Source: Vermamoeba vermiformis (taxonomy: Eukaryota). From it: DNA of 64,000 nucleotides. The stretch covers positions 372,001 to 436,000 of the forward strand of contig JBEWZL010000202.1 of the NCBI GenBank assembly GCA_045837725.1, given 5' to 3'. A program made the translations under genes and the position numbers. The notes beneath the pieces are model-generated. The model saw nothing but the letters and a program-made list of their open reading frames with translations. It made no database searches and was not told the origin of the DNA. Numbering within the stretch: the first letter of the stretch is position 1; every line of letters starts with the position of its first letter. This document shows, piece by piece, positions 25,152 through 38,384 of this stretch.

Positions 25152-25644
25152 AATGGCGGAAAATACCTAGTTAATAAAAGATTAAAAATATTTCATTTGT
25201 GGTTGTGGCACTCAGATCAGCATTTGACATCGCCTTAAAAATAATCTTGGTAATGTTGCTGTCCGATAACTCCAATATAGCGATATTAGTTGTTTTTCTT
25301 AACGGTCCTTTAAATTACTGGAGACACGGCGAGATCTCTTTGTGGAGCAGCACGTGTCAATCCCACAAGTTTATTTCCTTCAATGCTAGCATGATACAAA
25401 TAGACGAATTGACTCCATTGTAATTCGACCGTGGTAGCTCAGTAATAGAGCACTCGTCTGGCCCTTCGGGGTCATCCTCATCTCGATTCTTTGTCCGGGT
25501 GGTAACGCGAGTGGATGCGGGTGTAATTCCCGCCTGCGGTCGTTTCTTTTTTGCTAGCAATAATGTATTATGTATTAAACCACCATCTGCGACGTTATTA
25601 ATTGCTCAGAGTTACAAGAAGTTGTTTCAAAGAGGTTTTTTATT

Positions 25645-28600
25645 TTATATTTGGGTCTCTGGAACACTATTATTATTCGGTGTATTATTCGATAAGATAT
25701 TAACAAATTTTTTGACTCCAATCGGAGTTGATACGCCGACCACAGTCTTGCCGTACGCTACCAAATAAGGAAAGTCTATTTGAATCGTTCCTTCGACTGT
25801 ACCATGATGTTTTCCGTTGTACGAGATTGGCAAGCTGAAGTTATATGGCTGATTAATGCAATGCGCGAGTGATAGTACTGCTTGGCCCAACATTGCATTA
25901 TGAAGTTGAATTTCATCGCTTTGGATCAGCAAGAATATATGTTGCGTGGCTAAATATTCTTTGTAGACCTTTTCTGTAATAGGAATAGGCTTCATATCAC
26001 CCCAATCTGGATTGATCGTCTGAAAAAAAAAATAGATCCGTCAGTCACCGCTCTTTTAACTTTTTTTAAATATAAATTAATAGCGCTAGACGTACCTTCT
26101 TCGCAATGCTTGTTTTCCATTTTTGGTCATTAGGCAAAAACGGCGCAATAAATTTGATGTAAGGGTTTGGATCTTTCTTCTTGCCTTTCTCTTTGAGGTG
26201 TTTCAATTTATACGCACGCAAACCGAAAAATTTGACGAAAACTTCTTTGCCTTCAGAAGGAATGAAGACTGGTTTGTCGTGCAATGAATTCCACATGGGC
26301 ACTGGTAGTCGCGCGGGAACGGAGAACGTGCAGAAGATAGGCGAATGATCACTATGAAACAACACAACATAAGAACAGATTTCAATAATAATAAGAGGGA
26401 TTATAGAGGTCATCGGGCTTAATAGATTGCAAATGGTCAGAAATCAAAATTTGATTGCCATAAAAGGAAATTATGCGTGAAAAGTAGCTGTGCGAAAGGG
26501 TTAGCTTACCTTGTTGCCACGGAATGCACGGCGTCATATTTCATGACTTCAATGGGACAGTTCGGTAGACCTCGCCACAAGACACGATCGGTCCACGAAG
26601 GCACGCGCATCTTTTCCTCGCTGTAGATTCTTTTGCCTTGCTGATCGAAGATTGACCGATCAAAGCGGTACGTCGGCATGAAGGCAATAGTGTGCTCTTC
26701 GAAGCCATGAAAAACTTCACCACGATGTTTCCATAGGAACAATTGGTCAAGCGCTAATAATAGGTCTCGAGTTAGATACGAACTAATAATAGAAACGTCG
26801 AAAACTTACCGAGAAGTCGTTCCAGATCCGTGTTTTTGATGAGTTCCAACACGGTCTCGCGAGGAGCTTCTAACCGATAGTTCAAATCTCCTAGCCAGAA
26901 CATGTAATGGAATTGATTGTTGATGTCAATGTCCTTATTGCCCAACTTCATTTGTGAAATGATCTCTTTGTAGTCTGCATTGCGTTTGCCAACTTTTTCG
27001 ATGTGCGCAGCTAAGTGCGATGAAATAAAACAGAACGAATAATCGTGCAACCAAAAACTTATTCCAACAGCACCTACAGAGTGACAGTTAGACCATGGAC
27101 ACGTGTCAAAGTGTCAATTTTAAGCCGTACCTTTGTTGCCTAACACGTTTGCAATGCCACAAGCTACCGAGTCTCGTTGAATTTGTGTCACAAACGGCGC
27201 TAATTCTCGTTTGACTAACACGATCAAACGGATCTGCCACAGCGACAACGCTTCAACCGTGACATATTCGTCGCCCAATGTTGAAGTTATGCGATAGAAC
27301 CAATCTTCAGCGTTAGTCATTCCTTGACGCGGCTCGTAAGCACATTCTTGACTGCCCAATGCGTAGATGTCATAACCGCTCTTAGGCACCCACGCACTAA
27401 TGTCATCGGGTGGTGCTGCATTGCCTACATTCCACGAGCCAGTGTAGATGAGCAACTTTCTGCCGAGCCACTTGCCAACTTCGAGGATCTGAATATGACA
27501 TACATTAGGACAAAGGTACACAATACTATATATGTCAACAGAAGGTGTCGTCTGTTGTACGGAGACATGCATTTTGTTAATAAATAATGTTAAGTACGGA
27601 TGTTCAGGTCGTTAAAAATGGGTGGCTAACAACGATTAAAAATTACTTACCGTGCCGTACTTGAGAGCGTACTGCCGCCAGTCACTCAACACGCTCTTTA
27701 TGGCTGCAAACCACGCTTGTGTCTCTTCTTCGTTGAAACCAGTCAAATAGAGCTTCTCTAATGTGTCTGTTGGGAACGCAATAGCAGTCACATTGTTGTC
27801 TTGTTTCGTTAATTCTACGCATCGGAATTCGAGGTTGAGATAGCCTATTGGATCCTCGTCCTATATATTTTTTAGTGTTAGTTACTTTCGTTCTGAGAAT
27901 TGTGGATGTGGATCGAGATCTTACCTCGTTATTGCTAGCATAATAAATCATCTTATATTTGAGTAGTTCAAACCACTTGATAGTATTATTCAATCTCAAC
28001 CAGCCTGATTTGATCGGCGTGCCTTTTTTCTTCCTCAGCGTATTGTTCGGGCTGGTATTATTATTGTTGTTTGTATTTGACGATGCTACTGCTAGTACAG
28101 TGCCGGCAGTTAATAGTGAAGGAGCACTAGGCGACATGCTGATCGGTGGTGTAGTGTTGGTATTATTTGGTGGAGTGCCGGTCATGAGCGGATTCAACCA
28201 CGGAGTTTTCATTAGATTAGTGTTACTATTGGCTTTGATAGGCAAAGGATTCGTCCTATAGTCCAATATAGCACTGTCTGATGAGACTAAGGGCGTAGTA
28301 ACTGGTGGATTAATTGCTGGAACTCCATCCGACGCTGTAAAATTAACTCCTGGCGTGAGCTTTGTAGGAACCGCCTTATTGAATAACCTTCGCCTATGAT
28401 GATATTATATGAGTATAGAGGCTTTTTTAAACGAGTGAGAAGATCCAGTACGCGTAATTGAGATCTGACTTACTTTTGCAGAATGAGCTCTGTACTGATT
28501 CCTAATCTAATCTGACTAATATCCGCGATCTCTCTAGTCTTTCTAGACTCTCTCATGACTGAATCGTCTCTTGATGTCCTCGGGTTAAGCAGATCCACAG

Positions 28601-29742
28601 TCTTGTTTGAATCTGGTGGACTTCCACCGACTGGAATTACAATGCTATCGTCTACTATTTCATTTGGTGCTATATCGTTCTTAATAAGATGCTTCTCGCT
28701 TTTAATTTGTATCCTCAGACGTGAGGTACCGTTTGTCAAATCAGTCTTGCGTGTTAATGCTGGTGAATTGGGATTGCTATTTGGGGCTAATTTGCGTACT
28801 GCAGCTGATTTCCATGCAGCAGTCTATTAATATAAATAGATTAATATCAATACGAGCGTTAAACGATAGTAAATTTAAAAGAGCGGATCCTCGATCGTCT
28901 TGTCACTATTTGCTATAATTACCTTTGCTCTCGCATTTGCAAGGCTGGATGACTTATTCCTGCTTATTCCTAATTCTGCTAAATCTGTAGGTCTTTTCGC
29001 AGCGATAAAAGCATTGCCGCGATTCCTTGGGGACGGTGGGCTTGTGCCTGAATGGCTATTTGAAGGCGGAGGGATAGCATTCGAGGATATGACTAGTGAG
29101 GGGTCTATATTATAATGATAATTAATAATTATATTCGTAATATGAGCTGCAATAATTAGCAAATAAAATCGTATCACCATAATCTAGTAAACTCTAGTCT
29201 GCTTTAATATTGTACTTAACGGTGTTATAATATGCGAATTAAATAATTATACGCAAATATATCGATTTACGGTCGATTTTAAAAGCCGAGCTTGTTTGAT
29301 CCCGATCACCACGCGTACCTGTACCACCGTCGTCCAACTTAACGAGATTCAATCTTACTTGCTGCTCGAATGTATCATCTTCCACCTCTCGCAATGGAGA
29401 GGAGTTGTTGGTAGTGTCTGCACAAATAATTATAAATTAGTGTTGGTTGATCCACAATTTTTTGTCGATAAGCAGCTTAAATATCATCAAATTGATATTT
29501 GAACATAGGAATAATATTTTAGTAGCAAAACGAGGGAGATCGAGAGGACAGAAATTTCAGATTGGAAATAGAATCAGTGTAATTAGCCGTCAAAAGGTCA
29601 AAAAATGCTATTTATGATATAGTATAATTATACGTGCTAAAGATAAATCGATACTTTTATTTGTTAATTAGGATCGAAATTCTAAACGGCTATGTTCAGC
29701 GAATTAACTGGCATCGTCAATTTTTTACGTACCCGATGACAT
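25645..29742 (-). CDS. Inositol polyphosphate 5-phosphatase (SHIP/Dd5P-like) with a PH domain and a C-terminal C2-like domain
   Basis: Motifs GSWNVGN, GNKG, SHLAAH, FWLGDLNYRL, PTYRF, PSWTDRVLW, SDHSPI. PH-like IKSGWLRL..KWFEL..MIYY. Predicted first micro-exon ATG at 29742. Confidence 0.85.
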
Positions 29743-30168
29743 ATCGATATTATTTTGTTATATACTGGTTCCAATAAGAATAACTGATTCTCGGGTTGAC
29801 TTGGGATAATTTGGATCAGATACAACCCGAACAGATTCAAATAATAAATAAGAGTATACTACACTAAAAATACATAATCTGTACAATCGTATTAGTTGCT
29901 GTTTATCCAGCCACGGGTTTAAAATTCAGTCTTGTGCAGTTTCACTGTTTTTTCTGACGCATGTCAACTAGCATGTCACCTACAAATATCGACGATTGCA
30001 ATCGTAGACAATATTTAAATCGGCTCCGAATGTCAACATATGAATTAATAGTATTGGGATTCGTACGTCAAGGAAACAGATGCTCTAATGCAGTCCATGA
30101 GGTTAGAAGATCTGGCTCATGCAAAATTTCCTTTTTTGTCGACAAGGCGAAAGTGGTTATTTATTAAA

Positions 30169-31615
30169 CTAGTTTAATATCATATCAGTGACTATAGGCT
30201 GCATGCCTAAATAATTAATAATGCCGTCATTAACGACACAAAATTTCAACGGGACCGGATGTGATAGCAAAGATAGCTCTTCTATTTCTCTGAGAGAGGG
30301 AGGTGCTTGATTGAATTTACATACGGATATTCTATAAGACGGGTCCCCTGGATTAGTCTTCCTAAAATTTTGTCGTTTTGACGGCTTGTAAACGTCGTAG
30401 TGTATTGCGAAAGGCGTCTTGTTCGCGGATCTCGTGCTCAATTTTTCAATTCTCTGTGACGACGCAGGCCCGATCAACTGAATTTTCTTCCAAAACGCAT
30501 CATTGTTATTGGTATTGGCTGTTATTTCTGTTGCAGGTAACTCTTCGGCATTGTCTTCAATTTTTTGTTCGGTGTTATTGTCTTTCATAATTTCATCCCC
30601 ACTAGTATTATTTACATCATTGTTATTATTATCATTATTATTTACATTATTATTTGCATTAGTATCAACATTCATCTTGTTGTTGTTAGTTGCATTATTA
30701 TTGTCGTCATCGCTGTCTTCTTCTTCGTCGTACACTGAAGTGCGCATGACAATGTAACCAAATCTACGCAAATAAGAATAGACTTGATAGTGTTCTAATG
30801 GAAAATTGACTTGATCTAACAGCTGATATCCTTGTTGACTCGACATGGGTACTCCGTGGTAGTATAACTCTAACAGACCGTGATCTACCAAAAACCTAAC
30901 ATATAGTACGGATATTAATATAATGGTTAAGGTACAGATGGGATGTTTTGCTTACAAAGCTTCTTCAATGTACAAAATGACACGGTCGTGCGAGGCGTCA
31001 GTGCCGATAGTTTGAAAGTGTTTGCCTTTCTTCAAATACACTTCGGCACGTTGAGTTTTATCGTTCCAGTTCGCTAGAGATATTGAACGGCTATTAACAT
31101 TGAACCGGTCAGAGCTAAATTCGGTCTAAATGATAGGTACGTGACTTACATGCTCTGTGTCTTAGGTGCTTTAATAGCGTTAATCCAATTAAACAACGCT
31201 TGATCTAATTTATCGTCTTTATCGTTATCTGTGCCCGTGAATGCTGATTTTGGTCCACTTCTGTACACTCGCGTCTTCTTTTTTCTAGGAATATTATTAA
31301 TAATTAATCTCGGGTATTATAATCGAATCGTTGCGTCTATTGAAGCAAGTATCTTCGAGAAATCAAAAACCAAAATAAAAATTATTTTTAAAATTAATCT
31401 CAGCCTGCTCTCGATGAATTTATGCTGTAGTGATGATCGTACTTTTCTCTTAATTCTTTATAAAATTCTTCGTCGTCACTCTTGATTTCTTCGGCGCTTG
31501 GCTCTCCATCTGACGTTTCACCTTCCAGAAAATTGCTCTCATCGTTATCTATGGGCTTATCATTGCTGTTGTCAGCAGGTGCATTAAGCTCCTCTGCTTT
31601 GCGTTTGCGATCCAT
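30169..31615 (-). CDS. TSEN54: tRNA-splicing endonuclease subunit Sen54
   Basis: AEVYLKKGKHFQTIG...LYIEEALFLVDHGLLEL...LEHYQVYSYLRRFGYIV (Sen54 N-terminal domain), and YDVYKP..FRKTNPGDP..RISV. Confidence 0.85.
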
Positions 31616-31898
31616 GAAGAGAACTGAATTTTCTTTCTGATCGTATTATTTTATTCAGAGAGTGAAAAACACAACTTGTAAATATTGTTTATATTTTACT
31701 ATGTATAGTTCTGTAACATCATTGCTATGTCGGCGATTAAAACTGTCAGCGAAGGTAAAACGCCTCGATCTTGGCGCGTGATCTCACGCAGAAAAATTAA
31801 ATTATTGATAGCATTTATTTTATAATTATTATATTCATATTTAATATTAAAACACGCACTAATAATTCTTAATTATTTAGAGGGACGGTTTATTTTCG

Positions 31899-33520
31899 AT
31901 GTCTTTTGTCAAACGATATTGCACTTCTAAAACCAACCGCCACGAGCATAGTACGTTATAATTAACATATATACAATATTTAAAATACTTAGCTCTTATT
32001 TTGTCGTGTTACAGGTGATATGAGATTAACTTTTTTGGGCACGTGTTCCGCGAAACCTACAAGAGAACGTAATGTCTCTTCAACATGTTTGCAGCTTAGT
32101 AAGTATTAAGCTCGGCATTTATAGTAAGATTAATAAGCCTAATATTGCTAATATGCATAGCACGTCAAAATTGGTTGTTTGATTGTGGTGAGGGCACGCA
32201 GCATCAGATTTTGAAGAGCCATGTAACAACGACTAAAATCAACAAAATATTCATCACCCACTTGCACGGCGATCACGTAAGATGATTTATTATGACTAAA
32301 TAGGGTACGCAACAATGCTAACGGATCCCTGATCAAATCGTGTAGACCTATGGACTTCCAGGGTTTATCTGTTCGTTAGAATTTTCTCGTTCAAGAGAAG
32401 TCGAACATCCACCGCTCGAAATCTACGGACCTGCTGGATTGCGTAAAATGTTAGAAGCATTTCTAGCGCCAACTGTTCATACAATGCCTAAACTCCTCAT
32501 TCACGAGATCATAGAACACGACAAACACCACTTGGTAAGGTTCTGGGCACTATATATATTTTGCACTTATTTATAACGGCTGTGTTAGTCGCGTAACCCA
32601 AGTTTGGACATTTTATGCAAGCAAGGCAACGTAGCTAAAATATTCGAAGACGACGAGTTTATAGTCTACGCAGGATATATTAAGCATACGATACCATGTT
32701 GGGGCTATGTTGTTCACGAGAAGGACAAACCTGGAACGTAAGTCAATGATCCGATCTCGGATTTACTTCGGTTCTCTCGACTAATAACAAAATATTAAAA
32801 CTATAGCTTGAACGCACGGAGATTAACAGAGCTCGGAGTACCTCCTGGTCCAGTTTACTCATCGATTAAAGAACAAGAAGGAGATGAAATTACATTGCCT
32901 AATGGAAAGATTGTAAGCTGGAACAACGGAATAATAGGCCTCGGAATATCACTAATAAGTCTCAATTATAGGTTAGGCGCGAAGAAATTATAGCAGATTC
33001 CAGAAAAGGACGTAAAATAGGTACGAACAAAAATGGATCCTACATCTTATTAAATAATGCTAATAATGTTCAACAGTGATTCTTGGTGACACATATGACC
33101 CGTCAAACATTGCACCTATTTCGCACAATGCTGATGTTCTCGTTCATGAATGCACTTTGCCAGTAGAACTCGCGAGCGCATCTGTTGAGATGGGCCACTC
33201 AACGCCAACTATGGCTGGTAAGCCCTTACTCGTATAAATATTATAATATATTATTATATTAATAACTTGCCTATCAGGATCATTCGCTGAGGCAATTAAC
33301 GCAAAGACATTAATTCTAACGCACTTCAGCTCCCGATTTGGCGACGAGGTTAGTACACTTTAAAGACATATGAATTATATATACCCTAATATTTCCCTAT
33401 CAGGACATTCCTGTATTAAAGAAACAAGCGCAGTCTATGTACTCAGGTCATATTGTAATGGCAAAAGATTTTATGACGTACAACTTGTGGACTCACCGTA
33501 GAAAACATCCCGAGCAATAA
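31899..33520 (+). CDS. ELAC1: Ribonuclease Z, short form (ELAC1/tRNase ZS-type)
   Basis: [50 protein letters not shown] exosite [31 protein letters not shown]. Start is at 31899 or 32020. Confidence 0.9.
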
Positions 33521-33895
33521 ATAGTCCTTAATATACATATATTATAGTCATATCAGTGCGATCTAGCTATTTTTCGAAGTTTTATTTGGAAAATTCGAAT
33601 ATTACAAGGATGCCATTATATCACAGTGCTATTTACATTTGTTTTTGATATTATAACAAATTTAAGTAATCACGTCACTATTAGCATTATTACAGCTCCT
33701 ATATATCTCTAGTATTCTATTATGAGCTTTAACAATATTTTTCATGACGTGATCTGAGGTTAAAAATGCGTTGGGGTTGTGGTTATTTGGATTATTAATA
33801 GAGTGGTGATTTATACAAATAAATTAAAATTAGTAACTCCTCGGTGGTCGTTATCGTCAAATTAAATATTGTATAGGACTTGCAAATAGATCTGC

Positions 33896-34986
33896 TTATT
33901 CCGCATTAATGCCGAAGATCCGCACACGATGAAGTTTGGGCAATTTTGCAATCAATACGACGAATAGGGCAAAGAAGTTGAGCCAGTATAATCGTGCATC
34001 TAGCTCATCGCTATTGATAGTGATCAAAAACCTGTAAATTGGAGTATTGTTAATGATTTGGCCGCGTACCGGATCGGAGCAACGGAGATCCGCGAAGATA
34101 TTTTAAAGTATTGTAGATATCATGATAATAGAAAAAAAATGTATCAATTATATAATAAGTAATGAGTATAATATACTGTTAAATTGTTGGCTCGTAACAA
34201 CCGCCGTAAAAAATTTTACGAAGCTCCGTAAGATCCACGGCAACGTTATTATTACTGGTATTCGTATTATTCAAAATTGAAATTATTAATAGCATATTTT
34301 CGCGAAAAAATATTGAGTGGAATATTCTATAACGCGCAATTTAGTGATTCGAAAGAACCAGATCAGTCCGAAGTAATAATTATTGCATATTTTTCATAAT
34401 ATCGTATCTCAGCTAATTTATGCTTTAAAAAATATTAAAATGGCAATGACATGCTCTATTCGCTATAATTAGGTACTTACAATAAGATAGGAATGATCGT
34501 CAGAAACTTCCTCACTGGCGTGAAGTGAGTCTCGTTGTCAATTTGCTCCCAGAAGGTCATACTATCATATTTCTGTTTGCTTTGATAAAAAGTGGCACCT
34601 TTTTGATAATGAAATGTAATATAAGTCACCTAAAGAAATGATCGCAGATTAGCTCGATGCAAAATTCAATTGACGCTGCATAAATAATAAGAATGGTCGT
34701 CAAAATAATCATAAATCGCTAGCTACATAATAATGAACTCTGCCAAAGTGACACAGCATTAAAATTACTTTTGTAAATCTCCGTCTTCTGCATCTTGTTT
34801 CAGTTTTTTACTTACAATTGCGTGGCCAATATTAACGATCGTCCATCCAGGATAATCAATCATATAGAGCCATATTAGGAATCGGCTTCCGAACAGGATC
34901 AGAACGTAAAGCAGCCAAGCCGCTTTAGATTGCAACCAGCTTACGTTCATATTTCCTTGTTCCATGCTCCATGGTTGCACGAGCAT
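33896..34986 (-). CDS. ORMDL: ORMDL/Orm1 sphingolipid biosynthesis regulator
   Basis: NMNVSW..GWTIVN.GH, FHYQKG, MTFWEQID...TPVRKFL, IAKLPKLHRVRIFGIN. Confidence 0.85.
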
Positions 34987-35109
34987 TATGATATATAAGG
35001 GTATATAATAACAAATAAATTATACAAGACGTGTTCTTCGTCAAGGCGAGCAATACAGAATGATTTTTCATTTTTAAATATTTTTATTTGCGATAAGCGT
35101 AGAACACAA

Positions 35110-38100
35110 ATGTCGCTTATCAAAAAGACTATTACGTGCAATATTAATTATGAACATAATGTTTGGAAAACAGACAGTCGTAATTTAGCACAACAGAATC
35201 TAAAATTAAGCGAGGAGATCCTCCGGTTGCGAGATGAGCTTGCAAAATACAGAAAAGTAAATCAAGAGCTTAACGAGGAGTTAGAGACACTCAAAGGTGT
35301 CATATCTGTCCAGACTAAACTTAATGAAGAGCAAGGACGAGGCCACACCAACGAGAAAGAACGAAACACCTCAGATGCATCCGACTCCGAGTCCGAATCC
35401 TTTGAAATTGAAGATGACTACGATGAGGACGCATTGCCTAATGTCCGAGGAAAATATAAAGCAAGTACTTTGCGTGGAAAGAAGGTTGATGGTAAAACGA
35501 CCAAAGTAGTAGCAAAACCAACGCACCGAAGGACTAAATCCGGTGGAGGTTCGAAAGACCGCTTTGAAATATCAAGTAAGTATTTTATAAATTTATTAGA
35601 CTATGATTTGTCGATAATACAGCTCGCTTCTCGAATTTCCATTTGTGATACTTTATTTTTCCAATTCAGCTATTCAATTCCTCAGCGAAATTTATTTATA
35701 GATTATCTCAGTGCCATAAAATACAGCACAATATAATTTAAATAATTAGTTTCGCAATTTCAATTTAATGGAGAATCTCAGCTACATCTACTTTATTACG
35801 GCCGTTAAATTTTGTTCTAAACATGAGTAATAGGCGAAACATCGACACCTCGTACACTTAAGCCTGAAGATAGAGCAAAAGACAAAAACAAAGTCCCAGT
35901 TCCCGAGATCCAAGTCCCGCGCAAGTCGGATGCAGATGACGAAAAACCAGACTCAGGTCGCAGCAATAAGAATGCTAAAGTTAGTCAAGAGAAGATCTTG
36001 TCGGATAGTCAATCGAGCGTAGTGTCTGACTCAATCAAGGCGTTGTCCGTCAGTGCTGTTGGAGGTAAAACCACCCCTCGCGCAACGATGAAAAATTATG
36101 TCGTACTTACACGATTATATTAAATAGACTACGAGATTGTTGATGAAGGTCCGGATGGTAGCAAGAGCCCGAGATTGACAAAGAAAGAAAAGAAACAACA
36201 AAGTAAGTACCTTAAAAATTATTTTTTGGATGTGCTGCTGGATCTAACAAATCGCGTTAGACGAACATCCCGCTATATTTGACGAGAATACAGTATTGGA
36301 TATTTTGTGCGGTCTTGGCATTACTTCCTCGCGTCAATTCGATGATTCTGAGAATGCAGTGCTGATCCCCGAAGATTATTCGTACTCTTATCAATTCAAA
36401 GTGCGACGACGCAGCAACGAGTTGTTGAAGTTTAAAGGTACGTATTTCAATAGATAATATCTCCGAATAATATTCTGGTCCTTTTACCTAATTTTCTCTT
36501 GTAGATTTCGCGCCTAAAGTGTTCCACCAGATCCGCAAGCAATGCGGTGTTTCCGAGGCAGATCTGTTAGTCTCATTCAGATACGATAACTTGACTACAA
36601 TCAAGGGTGCCGGCAAATCAGGCGCGTTCTTTATCTTCACGAACGACAAGAGATTCATGCTCAAAACAGCCACCAAAGAAGAACGTGACTTTTTATGGCA
36701 ATTGTTGCCGTATTATTTGCAGTACTTACGAAAATACGAGCACACCTTGTTGCCGCGATTCTTGGGCGTGTACTCGATGAAGCACGAAGGCATTGGTGGT
36801 GTCGTTCGATTCGTAGTGATGAACAACGTGTTTTACTCGCCATACAAACCTATTGAGACCTACGACTTGAAGGTACATCCGCTGACTTCGTAATATTTGG
36901 ATCTGATGTTAACGTTGATTGATGTAGGGATCTACTGTCGGTCGTACGGCAGGCAATACAGAAAAGAAGGGCACTATATTGAAAGACTTGGATATTAAAC
37001 GCAAACTGCACTTGCCACCCAATCTCAAGGGCCGATTTTTGGATCAACTCAAACGCGATTCAGCGGTAAGTCTCCATCCTATCATAACATATACTATAGG
37101 TTCATCTATCTAAGATACACTTATTGATATTTTATCGGTTTTAGTTTTTGGCCGAGCACAATGTGATGGATTACAGTTTGTTGGTCGGAGTCTATTACGA
37201 GACTGAAGAGAACAAAGAAATAACGGAGAAGGCACGCGTGGACTTTGCAAACAACAATCCTGGTGATTTAAGGTAAGCCCTAAGCACACGGAATTGAGGT
37301 CTGTCTTATGCGCACGGGCGGGGTCGTGTTCAAGCTCTGTTCTCGGTCATTCCGCTTCCATAGCTCAGTCGGCAGAGCGTTCGGCTGTTAACCGAAAGGT
37401 CCCTGGTTCGAACCCAGGTGGGAGCGATTGTTTTTTTGCCCTTTTACCGATAAGCACTGCCGAGGGTTTGCTCTCTGTAGCTTAGCTGCCTATCCTTCCG
37501 TCTAAAGATTTTTTTTTTGCTTCGATTGTCATTGCTGCAATTTGAAGGCCAGCTGTGACTTTGAGCGTCTTTAGCTTGGTTTACGCCCCGCAAAGCTCGT
37601 TGATGAAGTCGTGCAGGACCGTCCTGTCGCCCCGACGGACGAGGTGAGGCCGCGTTCATCAAACCGACCTTAGCTCAGTCGGTAGAGCGGAGGACTGTAG
37701 TGAAGCATCAATCCTTAGGTCGCTGGTTCGATTCCGGCAGGTCGGATTCCTCTTTTTTGCCTTTTGCTTAATTACCAGCCCTAAATATGCGCATAGGGAA
37801 GCATAATAGCTCTTTTTGTTTTTGGCGGTTAATTTTTTGGATCTTTCTGCGCTGTTAATTGCTTCTTGTTTAGTTCTTCGATTTATTTATCCAGGAAACA
37901 ATGCAGGCCTTTTTGGTTAACAATCTTTTGTTTAGTGGATGCCGCACGATCTTCCAAGCGATCGAAGGAGGCATGGAAGGCTTTAACCCTAATGAAAACC
38001 GCAAAGAGCTGTACTTCACTGGCATTATTGATATCTTACAACGCTACAAACTGCGAAAGAAGTTGGAGCACTTGTTCAAATCCATTCCGTTCAAGGGCGT

Positions 38101-38384
38101 AAGTGTCACTTAAACTCCCCAAATAGGAGCCTAAATTTATACGATACTTTTCATAGGACGAGCTTTCAGTCGTTGAGCCCTCTTTCTACGCGAAGAGATT
38201 TTACGAGTTTATGTCGAACAATGTCGTCGACACTGAAGGCGATGCGACACTCGTGGGCAGCAACAGCAATTTCACTTCACGCCGCGAGAGTGACAGCGAA
38301 GAAGATTCGGTCGTTGAAAAGGAAGTTAAGAGCTCGAAGGACAAGAAGAAGGACAAGACGCGCACGAGAAGCGATTCAGCGTAA
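35110..38384 (+). CDS. Phosphatidylinositol-4-phosphate 5-kinase with an N-terminal coiled coil
   Basis: FAPKVFHQIR, GKSGAFF..DKRFMLKT, LLPRFLG, VVMNNVF, YDLKGSTVGR, LKDLD, MDYSLLVG, GIIDILQ, LSVVEP.FYAKRF. Confidence 0.9.
37354..37426 (+). tRNA. trnN-GTT: tRNA-Asn(GTT), inside PIP5K intron 37273-37935
   Basis: Acceptor stem GCTTCCA/TGGGAGC, A-box TAGCTCAGTCGG, anticodon arm TTCGG-CTGTTAA-CCGAA, T-loop GGTTCGAACCC, followed by a T7 tract. Confidence 0.95.
37664..37746 (+). tRNA. trnY-GTA: tRNA-Tyr(GTA) with a 10-nt intron (37701-37710), inside the same PIP5K intron
   Basis: Acceptor stem CCGACCT/AGGTCGG with discriminator A, anticodon GTA, intron TGAAGCATCA at the canonical 37/38 site, GGTTCGATTCC, downstream T-tract. 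Confidence 0.95.

Larger units (their letters stand above)
24357..25154 (+). repeat. Direct tandem duplication with a 407-bp period (24357-24747 and 24764-25154)
   Basis: Two similar blocks, each starting TGAATTTCAGTGATATCTCCCCGATCCAG and ending AAAAGACTTTGTAAAAT. Confidence 0.95.

Noticed and set aside
24357-25154. LTR pair or CRISPR-like array
   Set aside because: Only two adjacent ~390-bp coding units, with no TG...CA ends, internal element or spacers.
25170-25560. Short minus-strand ORF pieces (MLAKKKRP...)
   Set aside because: No convincing start, splice structure or motif; may be the 3' UTR of the 5-phosphatase.
37600-37662. Hammerhead ribozyme or box C/D snoRNA at TGATGA
   Set aside because: No CTGATGA...GAAA core and no terminal box D (CTGA); kept only as a generic hairpin.
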